Below are positions 44,747 to 58,733 of a stretch of 64,000 bases of DNA, piece by piece. Source of the DNA: Chrysomallon squamiferum (lineage: Eukaryota > Animalia > Mollusca); assembly GCA_012295275.1 (NCBI GenBank), contig CM022665.1, positions 46,500,001-46,564,000 of the forward strand, given 5' to 3'. The translations under genes and the position numbers were made by a program. Each line of letters opens with the position of its first letter. Positions within the stretch are counted from its first letter, which is position 1. The notes beneath the pieces were generated by a model. It saw only the letters and a program-made list of their open reading frames with translations, searched no databases and was not told where the DNA came from.

Positions 44747-45392
44747 TACCATTCAGAATTAACTCCACTTTATTAACGACGCAAGCGGTAAGTAATTGAA
44801 TAAGCTCTATTTAATCCTGCCTTTGATGTGCCGACATTTTAATTTGGTTTGTTTTGATAGACGTCTGCAGCGTTGTTTATCAGACGCAGACATCGGTTTT
44901 ATAGCAGACTTAGAAAAACATGTTCAGTGTTAAGATATTTATCTGTGTTAAAAAAAAACCCAGTCGTAACACATAATAGCAACAGTGGGAACAAGAAAAA
45001 TATTAAACGTTGAAAATCCGATTTCTTCGCAAGACTTTTCGTGCTTACGTTTTATATTTGGTTATGAGTGGTGGTGGTGCTTTCTAAGTACGTTTCATTA
45101 ATACTGTCCTATATTTATAACTAGTAATACTGTCTGGTAATAAAAGGCAAAAAAATATTACAAGAGCAAAACAAATAAAAGAAGATAACAAATATTTATG
45201 AACCACAGACGTGACGTCATATTTTTTTTTATAGACGGATCTTTCAATTCAAGATCACACGACGCTTATCATTTTGATCATTTTATGTTTTAAGCGTATA
45301 TTAAGCCTTGCTTTACATATGCCTGTCGGTTTTAAATTACTGAACAAATTAAAAGAAGAAGAAGAAGAAGAAAAAAAAGTGGCGGATAACAT

Positions 45393-45443
<51 letters not shown>

Positions 45444-47035
45444 GTAATGATAATGATAACAATAATAATAATGTTCATAATATTAATGATAATAATGATG
45501 ATGATAATGATAATAATAACAGTAATTATAATAACTAATGATGATGATAATAACAAAAATAACAATACAACAATTATAACTACAATAACAACAAATAAGA
45601 ACAATAATAACCATAATAATAATAATAATAATAATAATAATAGCAATAACAGCAACAATCACAACAAGAAAACAATAACAAGAACAATTATAATAACAGT
45701 AATGATAATAATTACTATATTTGATGCCTGCAGTAAACAGCCGTGATTACGTATTACAATAGTTCAGTTCAGTTAGAGAGGTGTTCTAGACAGTACTTAT
45801 GTTCACCTAATTATTATTCTATTTACCAATCAAATATTAACATAAATATGACTATGTGTACAAATGGGATATTGTAATAGTTCTTATTAATTAGAATACA
45901 CACGGAACGCCTATGTACTTACATTTAACCATCATTTGGTAACAGTTTTGCGTTTTGGTCACGGCCATGAGGTAAGGGACGTCACTCGAAAGCAAATAAA
46001 ATAAAGAACATTCTAGGTTAGCTCCCTTGTATTGGAAGAAAAGAAATAATCAAATGTATTCATTTTTAGTCCATGTCAGTATTATTTTTAATTTGGATAA
46101 TTCTGTTCAACGTAAAAAAAAATATATATATATCAGTTAATATTTGTTCATTTAGAATACCGACGAATTTATCTGTCAACGAAGGTTTATGAAAATGAGA
46201 AAAAGAAAAGAAAATTATAAGGAATTGGATCGAGTCGGTTCAGATCGTTTTCTGCACTTGATGATGTCAAAAATAAATAAACAGATCAATCAATCAGTCA
46301 GTCAGTCTATCAATCAGTCTGTTTTTTAACTCTTTTTTTGCGGTATTAATTCATAACTGTTGGTGCACGGATTTTTGTTAAAGGAAAAGAGACGCAAACA
46401 AAAGCCGAAATTAGGATGCTAAAGTCCAGTGTCGTTGAATTCAGAAATAAATTCTGCACGTGCACACTCGATTATTATTTGCTTCACGTGCATTAATTGT
46501 TATTATTCAAATAAACAAAGAAATAGGAAATAATAATATTATCGCCATATTGAAAACTCAGTCTGATTAATCGTAGACTGAAAGTTTATTTTTTATTATT
46601 ATTTTTTTTTTAATCGTTCTGTTACAATCTTCATATCTTTCCATACCTAGAACAAACCAGCTGTGTAAATGAATATTATTAATTTCACGTACATTTGGCG
46701 TCCTGTTATCTCCGTATTCCGATAATATTTGTTACGCTAAGGCTAGGATTTTGAAATTACAAGATAAAATAAAGTCATTATTATGTTACAAATAAGACAA
46801 CTTGTTTCACGAGTAGTATTTTGATTCTGTTAAATGAATTAATAATACAATTTTCTTTACGACATCTCATTGTACTCTAATATTAACATCATACTTTAGT
46901 CTTGTTGGTGTCGAGCTTGTAAGATTTGTGTAGAAGTGTCTGGAAAATAAAATGAACTGCTACCATTCCACTGATAGTTGTTTTTGAAATTCATCAGGAA
47001 AATCGTGCTGTATGAACTAACGCGCAAAGCCAGTA

Positions 47036-47194
47036 CAACGAAATCAAAACACCACGTTTTGTTTACAAAATACGGAATGTTATTTTCTTTAATTACTGCC
47101 TATGTATGATATAAAACACATCTACAGGCTGTAATTAAAGAAAATAACATTCCGTATTTTGAAAACTAAAAAAATGGTATTTTTAATTTCGTTG
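47036..47194. mobile_element. Long palindrome, MITE-like foldback element
   Basis: ~65-bp inverted arms with a perfect 31-bp core caaaatacggaatgttattttctttaattac (47066-47096) and its reverse complement (47131-47161). Confidence 0.7.
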
Positions 47195-47464
47195 CTACGT
47201 TGACGTGCAAAACAAAGCACGGGAATATTTCGCTAAAAGCAGCTTTTAAAATTTCAGAACTAAGATTGATCCGATGTATGTTAGGTTGTATCAGTTATTT
47301 AACGGCTATTTAGTTTCAGTTTGTACGTACATGACTTCACCAAAAAAAAAAAAAATCTTTTTCGATTTGTGATTTTGATTTCTGTGGCTTTCCTTTGAAC
47401 TTGTTATAAAATAACAAATAAATAAGTAAATAAATAAATAAAACAGAAGCTGCTGCTGCTGCTG

Positions 47465-47530
<66 letters not shown>

Positions 47531-48143
47531 TTTTTTATTATTTATGCGCTGTAATTGTTACTACTACTACTACTGCTACTACCACTATTATTACTATAAC
47601 AATTACCATTCCTACTATTATGTTACTATTTTTACTAATTCTGCTATTATTACTACTACTGTTATTATTTTTACCACCACTGTTGCTATTATTGTTGTTG
47701 TCGTTGTCATCAGTCCTTTTCGTCGACGCTGTTTACTTCAGCCATCGCTGACGACACATCTGTCATTACCAACCCGACCTCAACACACATCACCATCATC
47801 ACGACCTCCAATTACCATCACCACCACCACAACAACAACAACTACTACTTAAAATATTACTTTACTTTGTCGTATTCTTTTTTTCTTTCACATGTGATTA
47901 AAAATCTATTTCCACCTGCCTTTCAAATTAACGCTCTGCAAATACTGACAGATGAAACAGTATATCACAGACGTACATTTTACAAACACATATGTCACCT
48001 GTCACTGTCACAATGACTCGCTGAAAGAGCTGGGAATACTGTAAATTGCAGAAATGGGTTTTCTGATACACATCGCGGTCTCCGGGGAATAGACTGGTTT
48101 TCTACCTCTGTGTACTTTTGGGATTCCGCTTAATGGCGTCCAT

Positions 48144-48209
48144 TCAGCGACACGCAAAAAAAAACCCAGAACAAGGTGGTCGTTGTCGTTGTGTTTTAAG
48201 TACAATTAC
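48144..48209 (-). CDS. Putative secreted peptide precursor, candidate terminal coding exon
   Basis: Minus acceptor tctttcctaaaacatatctcattacAG at 48211-48210; phase 0 reads VIVLKTQRQRPPCSGFFFACR* with stop at 48146-48144. The join to the 52024 exon is inferred. Confidence 0.4.
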   Translation of the reverse strand, partial: VIVLKTQRQRPPCSGFFFACR

Positions 48210-48637
48210 CTGTAATGAGATATGTTTTAGGAAAGAAGATTTTTAAATTTGTTCTATTCGGCCATTTTTTGACGTTTCATTGTGAAGTCGTGGATTTGAG
48301 TATCTTTACGTTTATTTTCGAAACGGGAAGGAAATGGCGTTTTCGTTCTTTCTTTTTTTTTTTTTTTTTTTAAAATTAAAATTCACATATAAACTACTTT
48401 AACTTATTTTTTTTATTATTATTTTTTTTTATATATAAAATTATTTTCATTAATTTTACCTGCTTGAACAACTCAGAGCCGCGGATTAAAATAGAAATTT
48501 TCTGAAATAAAACTTGAACAAAAAAAATCTTGTTTACTGTTAGTTCAGTTAATTAATTACGTATCTGTATATATACATACACACACACTCGCGCATATAC
48601 ACACACACACACACACACACATACATACATACATACA

Positions 48638-48673
<36 letters not shown>

Positions 48674-48820
48674 CATGTACGCTTCGTTGCATAGACACAT
48701 GCTCATAATATACACATTCACAGAAATATATTCATAATCACACGTGCGCACATACATACATACATACATACATACATACATACATACATACATACATACA
48801 TACATACATACATACATACA

Positions 48821-48852
<32 letters not shown>

Positions 48853-50409
48853 CTTACATTGGCCAAGTATATAAAAGAGCGATTAACAGTGTTTTTGTTT
48901 TGTCAATCAACGGCGGACCTAAATTTTAGGGCCTCTGAAATTTGAACTGTCACGTGTTCCCAAGTAACAACGAGGTCTGGGTAATCATGGTTCTCTATTT
49001 CAGTGGGCTTGTTTCAAGACTGATCATATATATATATATATTAATTTAACCATGGCATCTCAGATTAAAATTTTGAAAGCAACATGGACTAAAATCGCTT
49101 CTCTTGGTCCCTCCTTTATAAGATTCTCTGAAGCTAAAGCTTCATTAGTTTCACGACAGGACAAGACTGTGGTACGGTACAGCCCTAATTTAATTTGTTG
49201 TGCACATTCACTATTGTTTTTCACGTACGACGTACAAAAGTCTTAATTATGATTAACAACCAGGTTACAATCAGTGAGAAAAAAAAATCAACCGTTTATT
49301 ATTATTTTATTGTTTGTCTGTCTGTTGTTGTTTTGTTAATAACAACAATACACGTTCCCTCTCACAATACCATTATAAATAACTGTTGTTGTTTTTTAAT
49401 TTCTTATTTTCTTATGTACAACCAAACACGTTTAAAAAAACTCACCCGTGGGAACTAGCAATTAATATAACGTGATTTATCAATGATTGGTTTGTTTCTT
49501 GTTTATCAGAACTAATTTCCACGACCTACACACGTTATAATTACACTATTGCTTGTTTTTTGTTGTTTTTGTTTTTTTTCTAAATTGCATTGTTTAAAAC
49601 AGTTTAATCAAATCTGTATCTTTTGGTTCCTACGGTAATTGTAAACGAATTCGAGAGTCATCCTCATAGAATTTCACATTTCGTAAATCAGAGTCTTAAT
49701 TTCATTTCCCCGCTTCTCCACTGAACTATTTCCCGTTCCAATTATCTGCCCCGACACTGGTTTATCAAAGGTAATGGCATGTGCTGTCCTGTCACTGAGG
49801 TGTACAACTTTTCTTTATAAAGCTTTGATGGGAATTGATTAGGATAGTTCATATGATGTCGACTAAGTGGTTTTTATCTCATATCATCAATGTACAGAAA
49901 ACTATGCTCGACATCTGATAAACTTTAATACAGACGTTTTCTACGTGTAGTTAAACAGAAATAATATTCATATATTCGCGTAATCAGTTCTGACATCAGT
50001 TGACAACAACGATGACAATGACAACAACAACAACGACGACGACAGCAATAACAGATTCATCGTAACGAAATCAAAAGTAATGATAAGTTAAATTTTTAAA
50101 AGTTTATTTCTGAAAACACGTTTTTTTTTAATACTTATGCGGAAAATACAGGGTTAATCACACCAATTTGTCTGCATAATCTTTTCATTGATGTTACAAA
50201 ACAAACGTTAATCGGTTACTGAATGCATGAAATACATTTTAAAAATTATTTTTAAAAATAGTATGCTTTATTTTGTTGTTGTTGTTTGGTTGTTGTTTTT
50301 TGTTGTTGTTGTTGTTGTTTTGTTTTTGGTTTTTGTTGGTTTGTTGGGTTTTTGTAGTGGTCGCATTGTATTTCGTATGTATTTCTGTGTTGGTCTGTGT
50401 ACATTTGTC

Positions 50410-50445
<36 letters not shown>

Positions 50446-50739
50446 TGTATGTGTGTATGTGTATTACAAGATAATACAAAACTGCGTTGCATTTCGAGAT
50501 TTGACGAGATCCAGATGGTTACTCTTCGGTGGTTACATCGTATCGTAACCATGGTCACGGTCTTTCTGACAGACACACGGCTCCAAGGGTGACAGACAGA
50601 AACCCTTACGAAGATTCAGACAGAAGAGTCCAGAACAGCACTTAGTCTTCCATGGAATGCACTCGTCCATGTAATTAGAGCACTAAAACAAACACGATAC
50701 ATGTATACTAACTCATATATATATATATATATATATAAA

Positions 50740-50779
<40 letters not shown>

Positions 50780-50802
50780 AAAAAAAATAATATTAATGTT
50801 AC

Positions 50803-50840
<38 letters not shown>

Positions 50841-51454
50841 TAAGGGAATGTTTTTGATATCGTTATACAAAAAAATAACAACTAATCAAAAACAGAAATT
50901 AATCTCTGTGATACATTGATGTCATTATTATTTATTATATTGGTATGTGAGAATGTGTAGGATTGTTTTTGATATGTATATAAATATATATATTAATAAA
51001 ACCAAAAACAAAAATTAATCTCTTTAAATAAACAAACAAACAAACAAAAAACAGCAAATAAACAAACAAACAAATAAATATATAAATAAGTTTCAATACG
51101 GACGTTCTAAAAAACTGACTAATTAATAAAAAGCGGATTTCGACTGTATGTCCAATCTATGAAATCTCAGTAATGATTTTAACGTGTATTGCAAAATCTT
51201 TTCCGTCAGTAAATGAATGGATTGAAACTGAAAGAACCAAACAGCAGACAGCCTTTTGGTCATTGTGTCCACTCTGAAACACGATATTTTATTGATTGTG
51301 TGATTATCTGATTACTGCGAACTGCTTGCTACCGAGTGTAAATGTTTAGCTGTTATTTAAATATTGTTTTAGGCTAAGCCAGACGCTAAACGACAAGAAA
51401 ATGGTTTCACGTTATCTAGATCGTAATTTATTTAGAAGTATGATGAAATCATGT

Positions 51455-51930
51455 GTTAGCTGTTCGAATCAGATGGTTCTGGATAAAGCCGTTAATTTAG
51501 ATTTTCGTATCAGGCAGTTCTGATAAAGTCATGGTTTAGGTATTCGAATTAGACGGTTCTGATAAAGTCAAAGTTTGGTTATCCGCATCAGACAGTTTTG
51601 GATAAAGTCAAAATTTAGCGAACGTACAAAACAATTCTGATAAAGTCAAAAGTTTAGCTATTTGAATTAGACAGTTCTGATAACGTCAAAATTTAGCTTT
51701 TCTTATCACAGTTCTGATAAAGTCAAACGCTTAGCTGTTCGTATCACAGTTCTGATAAAGTCAAACGCTTAGGTGTTCGTATCATACAGTTATCATAAAG
51801 TCAAATATTAGCTATGCACATCAGACAGTTCTGATAAAGACAAAGTTTAGCTATTCGAATTATACAGTCTGACAAAGTAAATGTGTATATTTCGAATCAG
51901 AAAGTTCTGAATTGATTAAGTCATAGTTTA
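51455..51930 (+). repeat. Degenerate ~40-bp tandem repeat
   Basis: Recurring cagttctgataaagtcaaa…ttagct[a/g]ttcg[a/t]atcaga. Confidence 0.9.
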
Positions 51931-52023
51931 ACTACGTGAATAATACAGCTTTTATGAAGTCGTATTTCATGTGTATAATACAGCTTTTATATTTCGGTAA
52001 CATCACGACAGATGGATGGATAC

Positions 52024-52167
52024 CTGAGGTTGTTTGTTTCGGTAGTAATACTTTTTGGTGAATACTTTTCCAGGACTCAGAACTGGGTAAAAAGAGTGCA
52101 CCACTGTGACAACTACACACAGGAACAGCAATGCCGTCGTCGTAGTTCTGTGTAAGCTGTTGACCAT
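52024..52167 (-). CDS. Putative secreted peptide precursor, first coding exon (signal peptide)
   Basis: Minus acceptor aatttatttcAG (exon starts 52175), ATG at 52167, donor CAG|GTATCC at 52023; 144 nt, phase 0. Translates MVNSLHRTTTTALLFLCVVVTVVHSFYPVLSPGKVFTKKYYYRNKQPQ: basic n-region, hydrophobic h-region, V-H-S|F cleavage motif. Confidence 0.65.
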
Positions 52168-53331
52168 GATGAAATCTGAAATAAATTGTAATGAATTAGT
52201 TTGAGGTTCGATACTGTCGACAAAAATTTAAATGTGATATTTTGACAAGAAGAGATATAAATTTTGGAAATAAAATGGTGCCAGTAATAATAAGTAACAA
52301 AAACGGTAACTCATACCTTCATACATTTATATACGTACATACGTATACACGTACATACATACACACATACATACACACGTACATTTATACATACATAGAT
52401 ACACACACACATTCACATACACACATACATTTATACATACATACATACATGCATACATACATGCATACACACACATTCACAGACATACATGCAGACATAT
52501 ACACATATACATACATACATACATACGCACAGACACACAAACTTAGATACAAATACATACATACATACATATGTACATACATTCATACGTACACACATAC
52601 ATACATATACACATATATATGAACAAAGATACAAACATACATAAACCGTATTTAAATAGTCAACTGTAGAAACCGTGTTTAAAACGTCACAATCACTTAT
52701 AAACATAATACATATATATTGTTGTCATGCATGATTTTTATTTTTTTTTTTTTTTTGTTGCAAAGATTTTTCTAGTTTGGGTTTTTGTTTTATTTTTGCT
52801 GGTTTTTTGTGCTGTATTGTGTTTTTTTCTTTCTTTCTTTTTTGTTTTGTTTTGTTTGTATTTATTGATTTGTATGGCTACTATTTTATTTATTTATTTA
52901 TTTATTTATTTATCATCATCATCATCATCATCAGAATCAGAATCATTATTGTGATCATCATATTTAATTTAATTATTTCGAAGAAATATCAGCGTTTTAA
53001 AACTTTTGTTTTTATCTGACTTTGTTAATAATACTCTCTCACAATTCGATAATTCTCGCTAGAATTTCCATCGATACACTACAAATATACATCATTATCA
53101 CATTTATGTCTTTTCAGCTTATTCCCTAGCCGAAACACGAAAATTTTATTTCATTCGACCCAGTGACATTATCGGGATAAATTCAGTTAACGAGTCGAGT
53201 AATTCACTAAAATATAATTTAACTTCATAAAAAAACAAAATAACATCAACTCTCGTTTGTTGTCCTTTTTTTTTTTTTTTTTGAGTTTTCATTAGTTCGT
53301 TTCTTTTTCATTTCTTTTTTAAATTAATAAA

Positions 53332-53386
<55 letters not shown>

Positions 53387-54623
53387 GTAATAACAACAAC
53401 AATGATGATGATAATAATTTTAATAATAATAACGATATTAATAAAAGTAATAATGATATAACAGTAATAATAATAATAGCACTAGCAATAATGATAATAT
53501 ATTAATAACGACAAAAAATGACGATGATAATAATAATAATAGTAATAATGATATAACAGTAATAATAATAGCTATAATAATAATAGTAATAATGATATAA
53601 TAGTAGTAACAACAACAACAACAATAATAACTAACTAACTAACTAAATAAATAAATAAATAAATAAATAAACAAATAAATGAAAATATTTAGTTCTGTGA
53701 AGAAGTGAGTAATGTTTCACCTTAGTGTTTAAGATGATAATCGATGATTTGTGAAGATGTTTTGACAACTGATGCAGACTTGTCATCTCGTTTTGAATAG
53801 CGCGTCTGATAAACCGGATGTGCGTAATTTGATTGATGCAAGCAGACGTCAAGCCCGCAGTTCGAGTACGGAACGCCGATTTGCTATCTTTTCACCGTAA
53901 ACCATAAAAGGTTTTTATTTTTTTTTAATTATTTTTTTTTTTATTAATTTTTTGGCAAATAGTTTGGAACATACTGAGATAAAAAAAAAAAAAAAAAAAA
54001 AAAATTAATTCTGATTTTGTAACTTGATTTATTTTTAACGAATTACTAATAAATTTTATTTTTATTTGTTTAAATGTCAGTATAATTGACAATAATTGAT
54101 TTTTGGTTGTTTTATTAGATTTAAAGTAGATGAATGAAAAACACACAACACACACACACACACACACACACAGACAGACAGACAAACAATGTCCGAACTA
54201 AATGTAGCTGATATTGTATCAGAAGCAAAAAAAAAAAAAAAAAAAAAAAAAATTGGTAATAGCAAATGTACTTGCGATTGTTGAACTTACGTAGTAATAA
54301 TAGAAGTAGTATTCGTTGCAGTATTGACAACATAAATTACACGTCAAAATGACTCATTTGCTTCATTATAAACTGACAAAAAAAAGGAATCGAAATCGTA
54401 AAATATATCACTACTCAAATTATACATTATCTTCTTTTTTATTTTATTTTTATGTAAGATTATAAATCTCGAAATTCATTTTATTGACTGGAAATTAATC
54501 TTTGCATCTCAAATTACAATCTTGAGCCAAATAAATGTTTAAACAGCCGAATAACTGCTCTGTAGTAAACGCTCACATAAAAACCGAAAAAAAAAAAAAA
54601 ATAATAATAATAATTTAAAAAAA

Positions 54624-54706
<83 letters not shown>

Positions 54707-54992
54707 TTAAGTGCTTCCTATCCTAAAGTCAGGAAAAATTCATTAAATTGTTTTTACTTAGAGCAGTTGAGGTTTAACAGCGATGATAGAAAACAAATAT
54801 GGCTATTTATAATGGATACGTTATAACATTAAAGGTTTAGCACTGACGTAATACGTTCACGTGTCCCATTACGTACGGACTTACGCCACTGCTCAAGTAC
54901 GTAACTCACTTTCAGTTTAGCCTCCACGTAAAGCACAGGGGCTCGTATCGAAACAGGTCAATGAAGGGAAGTAATATAGCTCTAGAACTCAT

Positions 54993-55037
<45 letters not shown>

Positions 55038-56043
55038 GTTTGAACATGTATAAAATATTCAGTGTTTATGTTGCCAAACGACCAAAATCAATCACAGGTT
55101 TTCCGTAGATTCTTAAAAAAAAAAAAAAAAAAATATACAGGCGTATTTTATTCTGATAAACATTCGTAATTTTTTTTCTTATATAAGCTATCCAAGATAT
55201 CTTGGAGTCATTTTAATCTTTATTTATTTATTTATTTATTTTTGTGTTTCCGATGATATGTAATTTTAAAGGAAAATTATGGAGTTTTTTAAATTTTGTC
55301 ACACAGAACTATGAAATGGGCCAGTATTTTCGTTTGCAAACAAATAAATGTTTTGTCTTTTTCTCAGCAAGAGGCAAAACCACATCTTAAGGTAATATAA
55401 GTATCAACAACGTTAATTTACTCCTTTTCACGCGCATATTAGTTTCAGCTTAGCACCTGAAATCGTAATCTGTGTAAAGATAATTAAAGAAAATCATAAA
55501 AACAAGACTCATCCTTTATAATGTTTCCAAAAATTGCTATAACGATACGGAAATGCATACGTACAAGCGCTTCGCTATACGTAAAGGCTTGTCCCGTATT
55601 GAGGAACTCTCGCGAGAAAAGACGATACAAGTTCGGTACGTGAAAGTTACGTCTATGCTAAACCGCTAGTATTATAACATAGTTACACTGGTATCGAGAA
55701 ATGTATTCACTATTTCTTACGTCATCAAAATCTAAATTCGATTACGTTTATGAGGACGGTCGTAATGTAATGTTATAAAGTTATATTTTGCTCTGCACTT
55801 AAAATTCAATTATTACAAAGTTTACAATATGAACTCTTACATACGTTATTTATTGGTGCTTTTTTGTTGTTGTTGTTTTTTTAACCACAGAGCAATCACG
55901 TACATTGTTTCTCCAAACACAGACGAACGCTAAATGTAGTTATATTACTTAATAAAGCACACAGATTTGTTTTTGTCAGTAATGTGATGCAGATATCGGA
56001 GATGTTCGGAAATACGTCCGTCATACACAATATATTTTGAAAT

Positions 56044-56084
<41 letters not shown>

Positions 56085-56396
56085 AGATTTTCAATATAGT
56101 ATAAGCTAGGTAGCGTTTCTTTCTTTCTATTTCATTTTTTTGTTGTTTTTTTTCCTCTAGTTTTATAAATTTACTTTCATATTCATTTCATTCATAGCGT
56201 AGGCTTGTGAAGGTACGTGTACGTATGTGTATATGTTGTGTCTATTAAAATATTTAAAATATACGGTTGTTGTTGTTTTTGTGTGTGTGTGTTTTTTTCC
56301 CCACAATTTCGTTCAACTGAATTAAAATCTTAATAGTAATAATAATAACGTAAACAACAACAACAAAAAACACAAAAAAAACTACAACAAAAAAAA

Positions 56397-56427
<31 letters not shown>

Positions 56428-56607
56428 CACACAACAACAACAACAACAAACGAACAAACAAACATTAAGAAATGCCTTATAAAGAAAAAAGTGAAATCAT
56501 ATTTGTTTTTGGATTTTTTTGTGGGGGGATATTGTATTTGTTGTTATTTATTGTTTACACAGAAGTAATTAAACGGAAATATATCTCTGAACAAAAAAAA
56601 AAATAAA

Positions 56608-56655
<48 letters not shown>

Positions 56656-56669
56656 GAAAGAAAGAAATA

Positions 56670-56705
<36 letters not shown>

Positions 56706-57165
56706 CAGAAAGACAGAAAGGAAAGAAATAAGGAAAAGAAAATCGTGGAAAAAGCAAAGATATCAAATTTGAGATCTGAGAAAATGAAAAGCAGCGATAA
56801 AAAATTCAAAAAAAAAAAACCAAGAATGCACACGTCACTTTGAACTGCACGGAATGTTTGTACAACATTTCATTATATTTCTGCAAATTGTCTCTTTGGC
56901 GCGCGTTATTGTGATCTTCTGCAGTTAGATTCTCGTCAGCAAATTATCGGAGCAGTCTGTAGACTGGTGTTCTATCATTCTGCCCAATTAGAAATATAAT
57001 ATCCGTGTTTATCAGGCCGCTACAGATTATACGCTTCACTTTATAAGTAATTTTAAAACATCAACGACAACAAAACACTGCATGTTATATGATTAAAAAG
57101 CCCCAGGCCATAATTTGGCATCATTTAGAACGCAGATGTTGTTCAGTGCTTACTTCAGCAACAGA

Positions 57166-57665
57166 ACAAAGTTCTGGTTAAATTTGTATTTCAGAGACAC
57201 GCAAAACAAAGTTCTGGTTAAATTTGTATTTCAGAGACACGTAAAACAAAGTTCTGATTAAATTTTGTATTTCAGAGACACGCAAAACAAAGTTCTGATT
57301 AAATTTGTATATCATCGACACGTAGAACAAAGTTCTGATTGAGTTTTTATTTCAGCTATACGAAAAAAAACACTTCTGATTAATCTTTTATTTCAGAGTT
57401 ACGAAGCACAAAGTTTTGATTAAATCTGTATATCAGCGACATTCTGATTAAATTTGTATTTCAGCGATACGTTCAAGGACAATATTCTGATTAAATTTGT
57501 ATGTCACTGTCACGTAAAGCAAAGTTCTGATAACAATTTGTATTTCAGCGACACGTAGAACAAAGTTCTGATTAAATTTGTATTTCAGCTACTCGTGGAA
57601 CAAATTTCTGATTAAACCTGTATATCAGAGTCACGTAAAACAAAGTTCTGATTAAATTTGTATGT
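57166..57665 (+). repeat. Degenerate ~40-bp tandem repeat
   Basis: Recurring caaagttctgattaaatttgtatttcag[a/c]gacacgtaaaa. Confidence 0.9.
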
Positions 57666-57869
57666 TCTCTGCAACACCAAAATACTTAATTTTATCAGAA
57701 CCGTGTTATATGTTATAAATACACACACAGACACACCCACACACAGACACACCCTGCGTCATGCAGAAATAGGTATTTAATAACATAATGTATTTTGCAA
57801 TATAAAGGTTTATTTATAAATATATATAATGATACATGTAATTATCTAAAATACATTAAGTAAATACAG

Positions 57870-57907
<38 letters not shown>

Positions 57908-57938
57908 AGTTAATATCAAAAAATTATAAAACTCTTAC

Positions 57939-58110
57939 CTTCGCTCTTTCTCTTTTTTTCTTTTTCTTTTTAACGAGAAAACACGACCAAGGATGATGTC
58001 ACGTGTTCAGCGCGCGCGAAATCAGGTTCTTCCGTCTGAGAGACTGTTAAATACAGTTTGCGCGAGCTATCACAACCACGCATGTTTTCTCTCCGCCAAT
58101 GAAATCGCGT
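57939..58110 (-). promoter_or_regulatory. CpG-rich promoter and non-coding first exon of a minus-strand gene
   Basis: Minus-strand donor GCGAAG|GTAAGAGT (exon ends 57939). CpG cluster (GCGCGCGCG, ATCGCG), E-box GTCACGTG ~57998, TATA-like TATTTAA on minus ~58047-58053, CCAAT 58096-58100. Confidence 0.55.
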
Positions 58111-58685
58111 CTCTCAAATCGCGCTAAACAAAAGCCTTAAAAAAAAACGGATTATTTATTATATTTATTCTTATTCATCGTATTTTATTCGACTAAGGAA
58201 CCAGAACATTTGTTTGTGTAGGAGGTTTTATTTATGGTTTTCTTATTGTTTCCGATTACAATTTCAGAGCGTTAAGTATTTTAGTATAATAAAATGATGT
58301 AAATAGGCAGTGTTATAAAAAGAAAATGTCGAATGCGATTTATAAAGTTTTAATTTGTTTTTAAAAGTCAACAGATCTGAATAAGATGTAAAGCTTTTGT
58401 TTATTTCTTTATTTTAAACACAGAGGTGGGGGGAAGGAAAAACAACCAATAATGAACATCAACCAAAATTAAAGCAACATGAGAGAGAGAGAGCCTCGGT
58501 ATCAAAAAGTCAAACGTGTACGTCACATTTGCACTTCTTCGTGCATTTGTGCGTGGTTGTGTGTTTTTATGTTTATGTCTTTGTGATGTGTGACATTCTG
58601 ACATAAATATACCGTCTCAAACTCATCAAACCTTAGTTCTTAAAATAAACTTCATCAGTTTTAATTCATTATAAAAAAACTTTAC

Positions 58686-58733
<48 letters not shown>

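Noticed and set aside
45125-45141. TAATACTGTCTGGTAAT, a 17-nt match to miR-8/200/429-family matures
   Set aside because: No complementary 5' arm upstream, only a direct repeat of taatactgtc, so no pre-miRNA hairpin.
53680-53905. CpG-rich segment within the peptide gene's first intron as a coding exon
   Set aside because: The ATG frame stops after 18 codons and there is no convincing acceptor; possibly regulatory.
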